Shown: piece by piece, positions 36,261-37,183 of the stretch | Layout: each line of letters starts with the position of its first letter | How positions within the stretch are numbered: the first letter of the stretch is position 1 | From: an uncultured bacterium | GTDB taxonomy: Bacteria; Patescibacteriota; Saccharimonadia; CAILAD01; BJGX01 | Direction of reading: 5' to 3' | Length of the DNA stretch: 37,183 bases | Assembly: GCA_903832035.1 (NCBI GenBank) | Contig: CAILAD010000020.1 | Span: forward strand, 1 to 37,183 | Made by a program: the position numbers and the translations under genes | The notes under the pieces: generated by a model | Seen by the model: the letters and a program-made list of their open reading frames with translations, nothing else | The model's database searches: none | What the model was told of the DNA's origin: nothing

Positions 36261-37175
36261 ATGTTTTCCGAATACATGAGTGATTTTTTAGAATACCTTG
36301 AAGTCGAGAAGGGTCGTAGCCTTAAGACAATTGAAAACTATAGTCTATACCTAAATAGATTTATTGAATTCACAGACGACATTCAAGTTAGTAAAATAGA
36401 CCTAAGCTTAATGAGTAAATGGCGACAGTGGCTGAATCGCTACAAAGGAGCTGATGGGCGAACTATTGGAAAAGCTACCCAAAATTATCATCTAATTGCT
36501 ATGCGTAGTTTTCTAAAATATTTAGCCAGGCGGGATATTAACTCACTGGCACCAGAAAAAATTGAATTAGCTAGCTCTACTCGACCTCAAGTTAGCTTTC
36601 TAAATCAAGAGGAAGTTATTAGGCTCTTTGAAGCCATCCCGACAGACAATATTATTGGCCTGCGAGACCGCTCGATAGTTGAGCTACTATTCTCTACTGG
36701 GCTTAGGGTGTCTGAGCTGGCTAATTTAAATATTAAAGACCTAAACTTTAAGACTGGTGAATTTTCGGTCCGGGGTAAGGGCCAAAAAGATAGGCCGGTC
36801 TACCTGAGTGAGTCAGCCGCCTACGTTTTAAGTAAGTACTTAGAGGCTCGTCAGGATGACTTCACGCCACTTTTCGTGCATTACCGCGGTATCCAGTCAG
36901 ATTTTAACGGTGGTGAATACACGCGGCTTACAGTGCGCTCTATTCAACGCATAGTGGAGCGCTACGCCAAAAAGGCTGGAATTGCTAAACATGTCACCCC
37001 CCACACCTTAAGGCATAGCTTCGCGACTGACTTACTTACCAATGGTGCCGACTTAAGGAGCGTGCAGAGTCTGCTTGGACACAGCAACATCGTAACCACT
37101 CAAGTTTACACCCATGTTACCGATCCCCAGCTTAAAAAAGCCCATAAAGAATTTCACTCTGGGAATAAACAGTGA
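36261..37175 (+). CDS. XerC/XerD-family tyrosine recombinase
   Basis: YLEVEKGRS..T..NY, TGLRVSEL, GKG.KDR, TPHTLRHSFAT.LL.NGADLRSVQ.LLGH....TTQVYTH. Start moved to ATG 36261, 6 nt after TATAAT. Confidence 0.93.
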   Translation: MFSEYMSDFLEYLEVEKGRSLKTIENYSLYLNRFIEFTDDIQVSKIDLSLMSKWRQWLNRYKGADGRTIGKATQNYHLIAMRSFLKYLARRDINSLAPEKIELASSTRPQVSFLNQEEVIRLFEAIPTDNIIGLRDRSIVELLFSTGLRVSELANLNIKDLNFKTGEFSVRGKGQKDRPVYLSESAAYVLSKYLEARQDDFTPLFVHYRGIQSDFNGGEYTRLTVRSIQRIVERYAKKAGIAKHVTPHTLRHSFATDLLTNGADLRSVQSLLGHSNIVTTQVYTHVTDPQLKKAHKEFHSGNKQ

Positions 37176-37183
37176 TTAGCTAA

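Noticed and set aside
36225-37175. Tyrosine recombinase as a mobile-element integrase, and the TTG start at 36225
   Set aside because: The sequence is typical of chromosomal XerC/D (GADLRSVQ..LGH) and lies next to mnmG. ATG 36261 fits the protein start and promoter better. The downstream context is outside the window.

Overview
A 37-kb stretch of mostly core chromosome from an AT-rich bacterium. Gene content suggests a Patescibacteria/CPR organism, possibly Saccharibacteria-like (inference). It uses the standard genetic code. Translation genes: infC-rpmI-rplT, rpmB, rplY, thrS, miaA and mnmG. RNA genes: five tRNAs (Pro-GGG, Val-GAC, Thr-CGT, Asp-GTC, Arg-CCT), RNase P RNA and a likely 6S RNA. 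Envelope genes: an operon of WcaJ/WbaP-type transferase, GT4, DUF4012 and MacB-type ABC, plus uppP, murT-gatD, a WecA/TagO-type transferase, a processive GT2, a PrsA-like PPIase and DedA. Also present are dinB, ndk, an M16 peptidase and a Xer-type recombinase. I saw no CRISPR array, IS element or prophage. The most notable observations are five. (1) An orphan 192-aa protein made of five tandem C4 zinc fingers joined by invariant 14-aa linkers, with atypical codon usage. (2) It is one of four self-contained, tRNA-adjacent orphan expression cassettes. (3) A compact T-box riboswitch upstream of thrS that appears to lack a normal long Stem I. (4) An unidentified structured leader with alternative pairings at about 28.8-28.9 kb. 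(5) A recurring -10 box 6-7 nt before ATG, suggesting leaderless mRNAs. All calls come from reading the sequence; no searches were run.
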